DNA of 49,138 nt, from the NCBI GenBank assembly GCA_963636895.1, contig CAVHMC010000002.1, forward strand, positions 1 through 49,138, in the 5' to 3' direction. Shown here piece after piece: positions 45,301 to 46,542 of this stretch. A program made the translations under genes and the position numbers. Position 1 is the stretch's first letter. Each line of letters begins with the position of its first letter. The notes beneath the pieces were generated by a model that saw nothing but the letters and a program-made list of their open reading frames with translations, was not told where the DNA came from and made no database searches. The DNA is from Oscillospiraceae bacterium. Its GTDB lineage: Bacteria > Bacillota > Clostridia > Christensenellales > UBA1242.

Positions 45301-45784
45301 ATCACTCTTTGTTGGCGGACAAGTGCCAGATTTCGACGTGGTATTCGAAAAAGACGGCAAGGAAGTAGGCGGAGTCGTTTCAAGTGGCAAATACACCGTT
45401 CGTGTAGTGTTCAAAAATGCCAACTACGAATGTACAATGACAAGAACTTTCGAAGTCTACCAAGCACAAAGTTACAAACTTTTGATTATCCTTTTGTCAG
45501 TTATTGGCGGGGTTGCAATGTTGTCCTTTATTGCTGTGGCGTCCGTAAAACTCAATAGAAAGAGATTTAAACGTGCTATCCAAAGAAAACAATTTGAAAC
45601 TCTCAAAGACGAGATAAACAAGACCAACCCAGAGATTTTGAATAGTCACAAGTCGCACCAAGAGTCTGCTCAAAACGAGAACGACTACGGCTATTACGAC
45701 GAGCAAGGCAATTGGCAATATTACGATGGCTATTACGACGAACAAGGCAATTGGCACGACTACCAAGACGGAAATAAAAAATAA
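18209..45784 (+). CDS. giant (9,191 aa) tail-anchored surface protein / putative adhesin: signal peptide, four Pmp-type beta-helix blocks, about 35 Ig/MBG-like repeats, C-terminal TM and cytoplasmic tail
   Basis: An uninterrupted 27,576-nt ORF in AT-rich, stop-rich DNA cannot arise by chance. A GGAGA RBS lies 6 nt before the ATG. The domain logic is consistent along the whole length (see sub-features). TAA stop. Confidence 0.95.
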   Translation: MKKGRLGFVVLLLVSLFCGGLFAVDWTGARVVNADSVESGAVVVYYVDDTSTAGSADGQSSTPFRTLQEAVNACNDYSDLSSVDSFKIVLKSSLFIGNVGTVLFENKTGKDIYILKDSTFSAKNGNTSMINFAQLESGKKLNLEFNGKNGKFIFEGKDIKGNEVVGTAQQSALCIGTKNSSGSGAVYVKDMSLTLTNVTFQNFKCKSNTYGLVNVGCKSTLTNVEFKNNQVRVDSYSEYNNMGYVFDTSYSTITPFEQKFDSCVFEGNIGGLISIENKNDSIKNVIIKDCTFKNNSIKFGALVNLDQIGVSNDKQSLADEKTSSLGFSGTEFVGNKALTTDTQGSSAFLIKATNMLRFAMEKSSTRVQAEGQSADEVGCNIFKNNEYESSTTDASYAVDISVATIEESKSAIQLSDLVVEDNNATKKANSSAVFFRLSTGKGSVNNVVAKNNRQNLFLSNEMTSMNFVDSTFQDDNTYGNGQYAIKIVDTLGQCNFTMKNCTINSFRAKTGKENAVVCVTNAFQTEFNNVTIKNIANQTNTSFAIKIMGCSNNKFIDINIDNCDNGIYVEKVGSGLFIDGVYYGFYMSTSKTEKMNTISNTRVVSIYLGVVKGMGETQALIKNLNLQNSGRIEYGESSSSVETTDEYSFELNNVHYYGRHRSKVESDDTTYGGLYGFKWLSLYNLYQVIIGNCSYHDNSKGSSCVAKVGDTATTDNSQFANSIMEITNIANYVMMSNCQFYNVDNTNTGNSLISISVKEDLTLQNCEFRGFNNNLSGEKSSSTLMSLKAKNISLTSNVTIDGYWAGNSAIRLSGIEAGSTAKLGDVTFTNNKLWISSDKMNECALLYIDANNFSSVKIGNTIFGSTMPDTDVTSGGNHITGASNYYGGLICINVDTSNTENKTIEMSNTVIAGNIVENGYALFASAKKSNITLSDVKLIHNDMLRTGESSVGGSTIRLTSFTKASLDNIKIEDSNIYGYGYDFSYVDEISLTNSTYSGNACAGTTSGSCAGAVSFYGTITNANIESCSFLDNKFGSNLIYYDNSNSAGTTIATLTFKKNQLKNNEAKRVSYFTSKVIVDSDYKGWLLNCTAGQTVELQANIISGNKANILSLTKITGSIIIDGGEITDNTIPKSNDGVASSFSNSCILNIQSILKTIKIIGGLEISRNTVVGNSSINSQDSKTYTFINISSCLDWTNAFYGKVELLYIDEIICKDNVSLASDMILTSLFRIYSVVETEIKNANIENNFSNATLDCVLSLPSENSKRFSFTSGTISGHDTVKNILSTSSGRQYAPQINFADSTISGNTFRSYAFGQGSGELYYTLSLNNLKFVYNVVTATSNDDTNLIYLGLVHVRNEKMSIDKCEFLYNVSSNVSTAGVYFNNARGSYSYELKNCVFTGNKGANGSAVYVADGVTVTLTSCTVDLNESTSGAIYSRSKLTLNDCTFYKNNASANGGVINGSNIYVNGCTFKENSAKFGGAIYLVSSGTLIIDKGYQGRTIFDGNYVKTPDSSSKTTLSGGALYLGSKSVTLSYGNLFQNCYISGGSSDTMQGGAIYVGTNASLNLEKNSKNGYVSEFINNGKSSNYGGAIANFGSIYMKDVVASGNIAQNGGFVYQPINESNVASLEIYDSTISSCYAEGTTDTTGLGGGLYLSSKVIVSGCTFVDNVANSYGGAIYYKETRTKEEGIDILNCTFSGSTANSCHGTAIAIANGNTEYVVINNVTVNNTSGESGIFVGDGNVQIEDLETTADIKVGMEVAIANTRTSVVYLGRKIVLPQASSGAGLTTNVALKLFSVLLDESTIAISPTFEGVVLESDGSYVIKSSDFNKLQSCNTKYKLSFKINDGTNFTKNTVNAVAVDSGSVCVANDFYGFSTDKNSPTSALQVFAYNYGSNVEILYGTSIDACTSTEWITGLDLGVLHTIYYEVKVDSVTKAKGQGYVFMENAIGIYVAVLPTIGTVQVDTSLDNGAISGGEVVEYGDTSARIAGTFSWALDSNGQVVSPTETGLNRFNIVFTPKDSKYASITFGVVVEVVGYGVVYYGVKDTGSLVTQEMYKTAEDAKKNDNPIITRGILDSDIFTEMMKKMADGGTIYMFKNCAYPVNLYVDGKTIYIKKYASDADPSTLSTTKYNEHTNSAMFSFVTMVSGSISFGSANMTGKIIIDGDGKKSYYPLIELGGFDTTIVNASFYNGVEITNFNGIGCSAIGVVGYINLTIYGLKATNCNYILPRNLDNDDVTVPIEKVAGRNNPILYYGGAVLSTRTGYIADNSSNTRYTPRVTIEDFEADNCSSESYGGAICITSMPVGCQFYINKDSRGNIAMGMLCDNTRYYPISIANMTISNCSAVKGGGAFATLCATGLVIKNMTLTNNSTNGNGGAIYLKYAESMYKGEISNNHADKYGGGIYVENQPTSVATANSLTDTEKQNTTYYDVELGINAQNTLDILSNSAGLLGGGVYAENGLTMSYANIISNTITIGETFSGDLGDWCFYGAGIYANCEKTTNQYKLDTVRLTLSNCVVKNNKIINNNANVIKLAGAGIYAKEISLSNVTITQNSIILNVKTTSTIFMQGAGLSLQKINSTSNTIENCEITNNNIKVFVSTEAFVGGAGVSLASSTPDSNGIENMLTIKNSDTSNNFFDIASASDKVVSKYSQVLVEALYNSEEDSATTTVVLTLDGVTSYSTSKEGGIGSIGIGVSGSQPILSSKINVSLIRLTGLLNITSALEATSFTSGMPGGCTNLHDDYEIDYYCSIYAYDLDKDSVVKINITEENGVEKYQIVQFDQEYARSLSSTDSDIYELGANAINEQNKVTIDVLSSLRNIFDFTIVKTMSEGETKIEYKKFYSTIGLISVDTYSTTIYGPFAVYAQKTSDTTLLEEIFWDPINGNDSYSGSTAKYSVKTLENAVKKSISGATIYLINSLEITKNTTLTAKNRIIQRNSNNKITIRAGVTLTLQDIVFDESNATTQYGTLIDILTGGTLVVETGTNITNLQSNNSQAFSSIINNRGNLIINGGQFTLNSVNGSGGIIYSTGAIEINDGFFSDNFALQGSVAWIEAGEVIINGGSFVRNRQYSSSDVTSLVVQKGGVFYVNEKATLTINDGSFEGNNAMLGAVIYSVGKVNITGGVFYNNNARTAKDYTDDLYTYYAPGFGGVGYFEKGTANVSGGNFEANVATNGAVFVVGSVNTSAQLDISSKAVFYNNSAITLTGARDKYLTSFTSATTWSKNNLSNKIINNMKFGSGGVIFGYQNATINISGGDINSNISANYGGALYVLGSTLVISGGAIRNNRIDFYGSVESDNSEYNSRKNRDTKGGAIYYEGMENLEGFSFVNNEIDADTQAITNTTISSIKNPRFVIKGGVISGNLANQGSAIYLATGSSNAYYASLVISGGEIVSNGEFEFRYYGTSQAQQVNGGAIYAVANTFIEMKDDAYIACNKAFFAGAIYTDGNILVNGGRIENNETNNETSTTASAIYAGGENGSVVIRDGIISNNLAHAGKLYSTPAVYVVAGGLYLGENAYVFGNNNEYILEGSIKQRQIDILFEKLVDGSKKNVFIYDNFSSSAKIGFYSQETNIGTKKLRFAQVNPKACDSAVVKVFENTSDNTIYLALIGTGLYIGAQEIKTVKYTASDYIARRDGDVHGIDITIEEASNTIEPEFLCLEEGVINYYGNDLSKVYEAKKNDSEWVKENPKVASGTYYVLFRFYDTLTSTYLTDANGNDFYDYRVIKITTKDYFVEKNPTVTTELIAGVNYVASGGSENVYVIRFVENDWKVVDSLNNAIVLDGVFMLASTSIKFDTIGKQYMLVKYIPEDKTYAEKTFAIEVFVSAQDIYYSESKGTFYLDENLTLKAFTTDSSIAPTMKDALDALTANGSIVIKDGSYKVTSNEEWNIVNKTIVFKRGTNAKDALIETVKGSLTINATGTGSLTIDGGALWFEEVSSGKWNDSDPTKIDVSKQYQQTSGLQSRGALIYAKSNVTISGKVILQNNENTDNGGAIYAESGVVTLSNGVSILSNMAQNGGAIYIGNTADLNIKNSGEQVVIKQNATRSGFGGAIYVSTGRELAIDNANITTNLARGSGGAIYAFDAKSLNLTNTIIDNCKSTDSTIYVSVSSKDTVLTLKDCNFTVPTDVDVKGIIYSGNKTKMAGVVFEGENYFRGSILLDENIFIHDKSSALKEDSAVGVKRLNDEESIADILVALSNTSSDDYSSKYSLISDNTKLVNITTHNADNYYNEKGYANYVTINGKQIATNTLQIGGGFEASILPYQGATNTYTIKMEYGKLYGDYFNANNTKISNVKLSDGTYGEIDLTQEKVGYKKISYELNLNSDNKTMNMSYQVVYNAGIKIIATWEQAQPTFEVEVYTFDEKIETEDSKGTVVGYKGLNKVEAVKGTYNTTYGKQVLVKVTITNRNDTDFSYRVNSANGEFTQERDSEDDVYFAYILKEASIYDFTIISIATNNVTQDDKRSEQKVTVNIAKAIIDLKLDDSVLSRTFDGNDMSIQVSDLIVDTKLEYNDSKDDLNLAIVTSAKEKGDSGATARNVGTYNCVVSVGNNNYQLSSATLAWHITPLQLKISHYIDIWDNNKIYTNDFQGGSHYLVPCFENVKGSDKVNVSISTQNYSTSETETLIYQFSNVDPYTLLNDLIKPTSHSLKAPFFSKIGKYIGNIEKIYNIDNNYKLSDDEQDTTYTYTWNITKSQAFISKFVLSDGTPTNKEEIIANTIVGGAYDMGSKTYSGNTKYLSVIMKDSVGNEITSGLTLELTLYNNTTNVKVGETKTVIVGVGDPFDTSKFVSFTNAGTYRLEVKVTEGYDMDTKSVYKAIFNLEKEQLTLQWALGIATSESEEVSEYTRNESINGTYHLAISYLAKEVYAYVTGATVNGEAFNIVSDMFEYAKGLDEVFTTNCKNLSLRDNTKNLEVERVVRLTSTYSDNYEIVSNASCLVFISKTKLSVTWDSNTQKEFTGSDILFEPTVKTNLNEVVNVSSFYDLSGNKYTAINSYTCTIQGTQALEDSNYYIATEDTTCAWSIIPKEITLEWYAVSYTDENGNGQVKLGSKTFSFVYDGKYYDLMANPYGLIAGRTDVSVALEGSGAQKNVRSGAVSSYTKVAKDLTGSDSGYYTIKADSIEKTWQITPCPVIIEWTVERDSYETSNLSSVREVYYTGKDRVVTFTSSGFINTTEKSSWDKTASITTKYRSSAISNLVDASGTKEVGIYITSVTSNDSNYKVDISSGSVTWEIKKAPMTIEWQWLDSNVDIYKNKKLLPAGDTDYNGTSVVYTSQANYLTTVKAVASNDATMSITQFSPTYKIYGGDPINTKDIKNAGTYEVTVILANETDRNHYELTNPSMTFAIDPATIGFEWKSSADSYFKEGASGVPEAEVLINSSTGEAKAQYYYFEEKDPAKSDGSVISYKVEFLYNNVIKQTNIENVTPKPETSSTLIAFKDFLANNSKDAGTYTIRITGMSSTNNYVFDKNSSTNSITYVIKPKQLDESTRITLVYSDGTSYTYDGTQKTIDVQISNNFALGVVFDNYKLTGTTTAKYAGNYNFKVEITDPNYIFSGTGTNVSSDLTWTIGKREATIVWHNTKLETISAGYMFDYTGAFQGPVAPKVINAVEGDVFDFTYDTTSPYVKEAREVGKYTTRLNSVENKNYYLSDNTRDFSWEIVNTRISFKWSASNTSFAKDSDDVQTATYTANPMYFMPTTTSIFNTDREDITFRIDVYYSDTATSFTGAGTDTASTCFTISDINTSGFNYNPTKTCINVGYYMAKVTLVNAGNYQLSNDNTNVFMWRISQRTVNFSWTKTSVTYNGTQQNPTATVLGAQSTADLGQFSLTFQFSSLSTEDWGDSSPKNAGQYRVKVYSLGKAEVLSNYTFNANDYITFTINKKSLGDITFIRGDSSSSLIYEGSAKYYLLDTTKVSDMGVESSDISNIVFNHTYYYKSVKGTTFNELSEGGTSCKNAGSYRLEILLGDDTTSANYKLNNNTTQTWQIVQKSITFNWYVENEKDYQTKENMPFNIIYCGKEIVVKAKAVIDNVEQSTEIVGSYGNNIGKDVATKTAEVLSLSSQNLYDNNYTFSKDTNSNYQKSWSIVKRAVSISWACSVAGDTSYQKVYNGNAYYYYPTFEGTSKIEGDDLAFQTTITRAGISISTFTNCVDAGSYTASVSGMSGVSSGNYELSSSANKQQSWTIMPQELTVEADGSTSVTYDSAEHRFKAKITSGLVVTDDVQLLYTYTVDGEEQQKVYFVSATNVGTYTATLSLGGEKAGNYTIKSDNQSLVFTITKCQLTISWSSSSYSYNFNGLEQHPEPTIVNPIDVSTSTIVSYKYKAQASGSTGYTLETISPIHAGNYQMTAQLNDPTNYEWSGTNETSFTINQVTPAINIYPIAMGSASGSGSNTTALIVVSGCGDDAPYGSVILTVGTTVYSDLNLTQLPLTTVSSDGKTTRFDGVGNNDTAKEILQTYYSNVGCSYCIYSYPETNAEGYTPTAKYTAGKDDSKYSMESNYTNVSVPQAGQQFVPQGNNQEDIYLYYESSNSIQPVTSSSTISGYKYGDRVTFYITGGSDITYETNTTTQDTYNNFYRIMINSQVATPSASSNSVEVIENGISIAKVTYVSLLESKDGVTTINGLKILQVEVQFLKPTGANALYVGAYKKGGDYVDASSNKKNFAQVASNPGKFFIDKKAITINVPDATMNYGDKSSLAFAKDGSGNLVRYTLDSSGAIVQPYQFLSNFSLTSGGLVRDTDKADIISALKPKIIEKASTKTGYNSKVVTLETLYNDYYIFTTSGNTYGGLLITGRKLTASDVIVTLQDEANLCYVGEKLQPTITSIKTTDTNSTTLGSDSYDIKDYGEYINAGVGVITIQFKGDYTGTIERQYKINKLDISKATKNDTSSTKTKLFTSKDGTYYLCYDAKLEEEVSYTGETIVKNFDSVFTIVKNDATIKTFAYKALPSDIKITSFSNQNAGRANIKIEALSNSTNFTGTKDIYFNITACTVNSEDITSYTLSDGNSNHEIVFSGLNNNPNVLEVKYKTNISLAYTIVDWYKYDTTSKKYSKVTQAETMNVGTYYVGLNITGERNAYYVNYTGTVYLEYSVTQFNINSLDVTIEIEEGQDLQYTGLSINPTIKVYWRAPVVTTDSNGNVTFNGVYTQTLLEDNRDYDYSSAGEGTNINAGKNSGIIKIKAKSSNFTGEKQALFDIEKRDLYAISDQNLTPNWKNSYSYTGSQIIINGTELPTISWGTKTLSFGTDYVILPAGEGTNINQGKGSITIRGTGTNYTGEKALTFTISKLDVNNNQNKFNVTLEKSEYYYTGDAIQPQVLYVTFNNKLLTAGVDYNETINYGSENTNASTNKAKVYITFGQDLASNFTGKLEWTFEIKPLSIESADFVVRENNVEDGATSVMSQITDVVYTGSDITKTIYLYAKFGNTYKKLYTQAMLQDTSTNPDYEYSFSNNQNVGEATITISGLNNYTGTIKKSFKINALDMFDLIKNGQATVAGESGESIKVSSQEYTRSVIVPDVSIAWGIKTLVRNTDYTLTAVFDNCDNVNVSTNNKTRIDFMGNYTGSYTFTFEITQRSLASATISIPDIEYTGSDITSDDLAKLFSLYDDNYLLSYGTDYTININSTDKKNVGPKPYEIVGTGNYTGKIENLTFNIVARNIANHVADFTLSTSNVYYTGSVINLADTKKGYNVEFKYLGTTLSSNIDGGDYSFGTYENATNAGTAYVTITGKGNFTGSAKFAFTIERQDLKSLPTKNIKINQSYRYTGKAVCPVPTAVTDLYGNTVSPEQYTIQYKNNISVSSENSKPSLTLIFKGNYSGTVTKEFEIAKTYLTASDLVYTPANLVYTGKTIVPTFEQIGSLSIKRDDNGKTILVTQDDIQSITEYTGNSLNSKTVDNTNVSSGAKCGAFEITFGGYNNIYTGTVVLSFNITQLDISSDLVTIDSNLTKDETYTGASITKTFDGKIKVGDVSLDGNYNVQSYTSNTDVGVVTITIEGTNNLTGTRKIQFNIVPFDIGSATVGAIASQTYNYGREVTLDSLKVNVTLSSGARTLEKNTEYRIAGYENNTQVGTATVYIQGVGNFTGTITMTFKITTVEIGTNYELKETKTYTYSGEGIRLGDQRDENGKSYFVLVVDGLDEIKIYDDKCKYANNLKASTVDSKASVSFNISNFSNNYASKDITIEYEIERLAYDSSYISVPDIPTQLAGATPITITFEQNTFGEIKYKETTLVEGIDYTLEQFPTNASAIADTIGGVRITFIGNFTGEVVKRFAIKRNQPTQEDFGEQNFKIVPNDATSTTDVIRYGEYGTLADLKIVNNSGVDSSSIVWFEDPTTPINFVGTITVYVRYQPDDTYDAGLFELPLTVEKGIYKDEVNVYADKKDDEQYFTIKYKKGIVLTDVELPEGFSWQYQVINASDIKSGTRYSTDGIEFKTYDGEPLNTSLTYYEETTSLEFTIGNEQYVEKTFKAKYNYNSAYYQDVKDIVVKVRLLKGDLDPSVFRYRDTTVTYSPTITASSIKLPTTDWPWTWIGNQKGFSSSVLKVENSPYTFYMTFDPAKTNESGVPVNGGFPESVYGNKLNYNTLTVEAKIYVNRADYTQNKINSALAEYVVSTVTYKKDLRTSEIDLNLPQGFDLRDENQLLSYGENDVYVVYNKESKFDNNYNPYGESVTNSISVKVLVISPTLVGSLEEGGGEVVTTATGGLAISRTYGDNLANNRAIPFGVTYFNYITGSWEAVNGSSEWVDGSEKLLSVGVITRQVKFTPSDTNFISGKEYITFDVEVLISQQGNEGELRQSLAFASDEQYMAYTPSSTLANINKIQRVEGSTSAVVFNAFDDVFYTYKYITLDKDGHYTPQDVKNATEYELTNSTVLSAKGNSEGAYRSLYIIYANFTRGGCVYYNFGEDYKPSYELYIYKATLNVNLPSITKTYGDLSISGNIEDVGATGLSALENGKDYVFNVRDSNGNAVYLNYATPAGVYTMEITLVDKNGSLSNNYDFDKTKTATYTIEKLAITDFKLDHGVLYENGSILNDKITITFDTSLFVGGQVPDFDVVFEKDGKEVGGVVSSGKYTVRVVFKNANYECTMTRTFEVYQAQSYKLLIILLSVIGGVAMLSFIAVASVKLNRKRFKRAIQRKQFETLKDEINKTNPEILNSHKSHQESAQNENDYGYYDEQGNWQYYDGYYDEQGNWHDYQDGNKK
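18311..23450 (+). other. beta-helix block 1 (long CxFxxN-type repeats ending in a dense GGAIY cluster at ~22380-23400)
   Basis: Recurrent motifs include KDCTFKNN, KNCTINSF, GNCSYHDN, SNCQFYNV, QNCEFRGF, KNCVFTGN, NDCTFYKN, NGCTFKEN, SGCTFVDN and LNCTFSGS. They are interleaved with NGSAVYV, FGGAIYLVSSG, SGGALYLGS, QGGAIYVGT, YGGAIANFG, LGGGLYLSS and YGGAIYYKE. These are the two signature tetrapeptides (GGA[ILV], FxxN) of the polymorphic-membrane-protein repeat family. Confidence 0.75.
24700..26150 (+). other. beta-helix block 2
   Basis: YGGAICITS, KGGGAFATL, GNGGAIYLKY, KYGGGIYVEN, LLGGGVYAEN, YGAGIYAN, LAGAGIYAKE and VGGAGVSLAS, interleaved with NCS/NNS-type turns. Boundaries are approximate. 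Confidence 0.65.
27050..28790 (+). other. beta-helix block 3
   Basis: SGGIIYSTG, KGGVFYVNE, MLGAVIYSVG, GFGGVGYFEKG, NYGGALYVLGS, TKGGAIYYEG, NQGSAIYLATG, VNGGAIYAVAN, FAGAIYTDG and VAGGLYLGEN, with repeated INGG/ISGG turns. Boundaries are approximate. Confidence 0.65.
30000..30600 (+). other. beta-helix block 4 (short)
   Basis: SRGALIYAKS, DNGGAIYAESG, QNGGAIYIGNT, GFGGAIYVSTG and GSGGAIYAFDA. Boundaries are approximate. Confidence 0.65.
31620..37330 (+). repeat. class I Ig/MBG-like tandem repeats (about 18 units, roughly 105 aa each)
   Basis: By eye there are about 19 repeat junctions of the form aromatic-x-I-x-x-[KPQ]-x-[LI] (LAWHITPLQL, YTWNITKSQA, CAWSIIPKEI, KTWQITPCPV, VTWEIKKAPM, LTWTIGKREA, FSWEIVNTRI, FMWRISQRTV, QTWQIVQKSI, KSWSIVKRAV and others). 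Each is preceded by N[AV]G[TSQ]Y and followed by a [YF]xG/YDG/YNG strand (TFDGND, FVYDGKYY, YTYDGTQK, VTYNGTQQ). This matches the pattern I know as the MBG (YGX-type) domain. The family name comes from memory, not from a search. Confidence 0.6.
38210..43010 (+). repeat. class II MBG-like tandem repeats (about 16-18 units, ~90 aa period)
   Basis: About 16 copies of the closing motif G-[ND]-[YF]-T-G followed by x-F-x-I (GDYTGTIERQYKI, GNYTGKIENLTFNI, GNFTGSAKFAFTI, GNFTGTITMTFKI and others). Each repeat opens with a YTG strand (LQYTGLSINP, YSYTGSQII, YYYTGDAIQP, VVYTGSDIT, IEYTGSDIT). A 24-nt identical DNA segment at 39677-39700 and 39947-39970 gives a 270-nt (90-aa) period. Confidence 0.65.
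43010..45470 (+). repeat. C-terminal Ig-like repeats of a third type (membrane-proximal stalk)
   Basis: A recurring pattern reads ...L-P-x-G-F-x-W / LPTTDWPWTW / LPQGFDL ... Y-x-P ... NY ... V-x-V-x-[KR]. One module, GSWEAVNGSSEWVDG...VKFTPSDTNF, resembles GTFSWALDSNG...FTPKDSKY at ~24170-24300 and GTWSFVDEN...FTPSNT in the 14427 paralogue. Confidence 0.5.
45479..45547 (+). other. C-terminal transmembrane tail anchor of the giant protein
   Basis: LLIILLSVIGGVAMLSFIAVASV (23 hydrophobic residues) is immediately followed by the basic stop-transfer sequence KLNRKRFKRAIQRK. No LPXTG or other sorting motif is present. Confidence 0.8.
45548..45781 (+). other. predicted cytoplasmic tail with a duplicated YYDEQGNW motif
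   Basis: A positive-inside segment is followed by DYGYYDEQGNWQYYDGYYDEQGNWHDYQDGNKK. The two YYDEQGNW copies are also near-identical at the DNA level (45688-45770). Confidence 0.65.
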
Positions 45785-45976
45785 AACCTACAAGACGACA
45801 AAGGAAATAATAGACCTTATTGTACGTGAGCCCCCCTTGCTATTGGGGCTATGATTTAACCTATCACACACACTCCCCCTTGCTATTGGGGCTAAATGGG
45901 GGTAGTAAAAACACCGTCCCCTACAAGAGTGTGTGAGACTAACCTATTCTACAAAGGTGTGTGAGACCAACCTATT

Positions 45977-46202
45977 AATACCGTCCCTTGTAAGGGAAGG
46001 TGTCACGCAGTGACGGAAGGGTAGTAAAGTTTGAACTCCTACTCGCCTAACTAAAAGGTAAAAATACCGTCCCTTGTAAGGGAAGGTGTCACGCAGTGAC
46101 GGAAGGGTAGTAAAGTTTGAACTCTTACTCGCCTAACTAAAAGGTAAAAAGATTTTACAACCCCCCAGTCCTAACGGACAGCCCCCCTTGCTATTGGGGC
46201 TA
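45977..46202. repeat. 226-bp long direct repeat, copy 1 (two 86-nt units plus the AGATTTTACAACCCCCCAGTCCTAACGGACAGCCCCCCTTGCTATTGGGGCTA module)
   Basis: Base-for-base identical to 46317-46542 by visual alignment, at an offset of 340 nt. Confidence 0.9.
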
Positions 46203-46316
46203 TGATTTGACCTATCACACACACTCCCCCTTGCTATTGGGGTTATGATTTAACCTATCACACACACTCCCCCTTGCGAGGGGGAGTGTCGGCAAAGCCG
46301 ACGAGGGGGTAGTAAA

Positions 46317-46542
46317 AATACCGTCCCTTGTAAGGGAAGGTGTCACGCAGTGACGGAAGGGTAGTAAAGTTTGAACTCCTACTCGCCTAACTAAAAGGTA
46401 AAAATACCGTCCCTTGTAAGGGAAGGTGTCACGCAGTGACGGAAGGGTAGTAAAGTTTGAACTCTTACTCGCCTAACTAAAAGGTAAAAAGATTTTACAA
46501 CCCCCCAGTCCTAACGGACAGCCCCCCTTGCTATTGGGGCTA
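46317..46542. repeat. 226-bp long direct repeat, copy 2
   Basis: Identical to 45977-46202. Within each copy the two 86-nt units differ at one position (C/T at 46039 vs 46125 and at 46379 vs 46465). Confidence 0.9.

Noticed and set aside
18955-45766. About 50 short ORFs (60-195 aa) on the minus strand or in alternate plus frames inside the giant gene. The same applies inside the ATPase, pyk, iscS and the other large genes.
   Set aside because: All are nested within much longer ORFs with strong protein signatures. Their products are low-complexity with no motifs. They are standard shadow ORFs.
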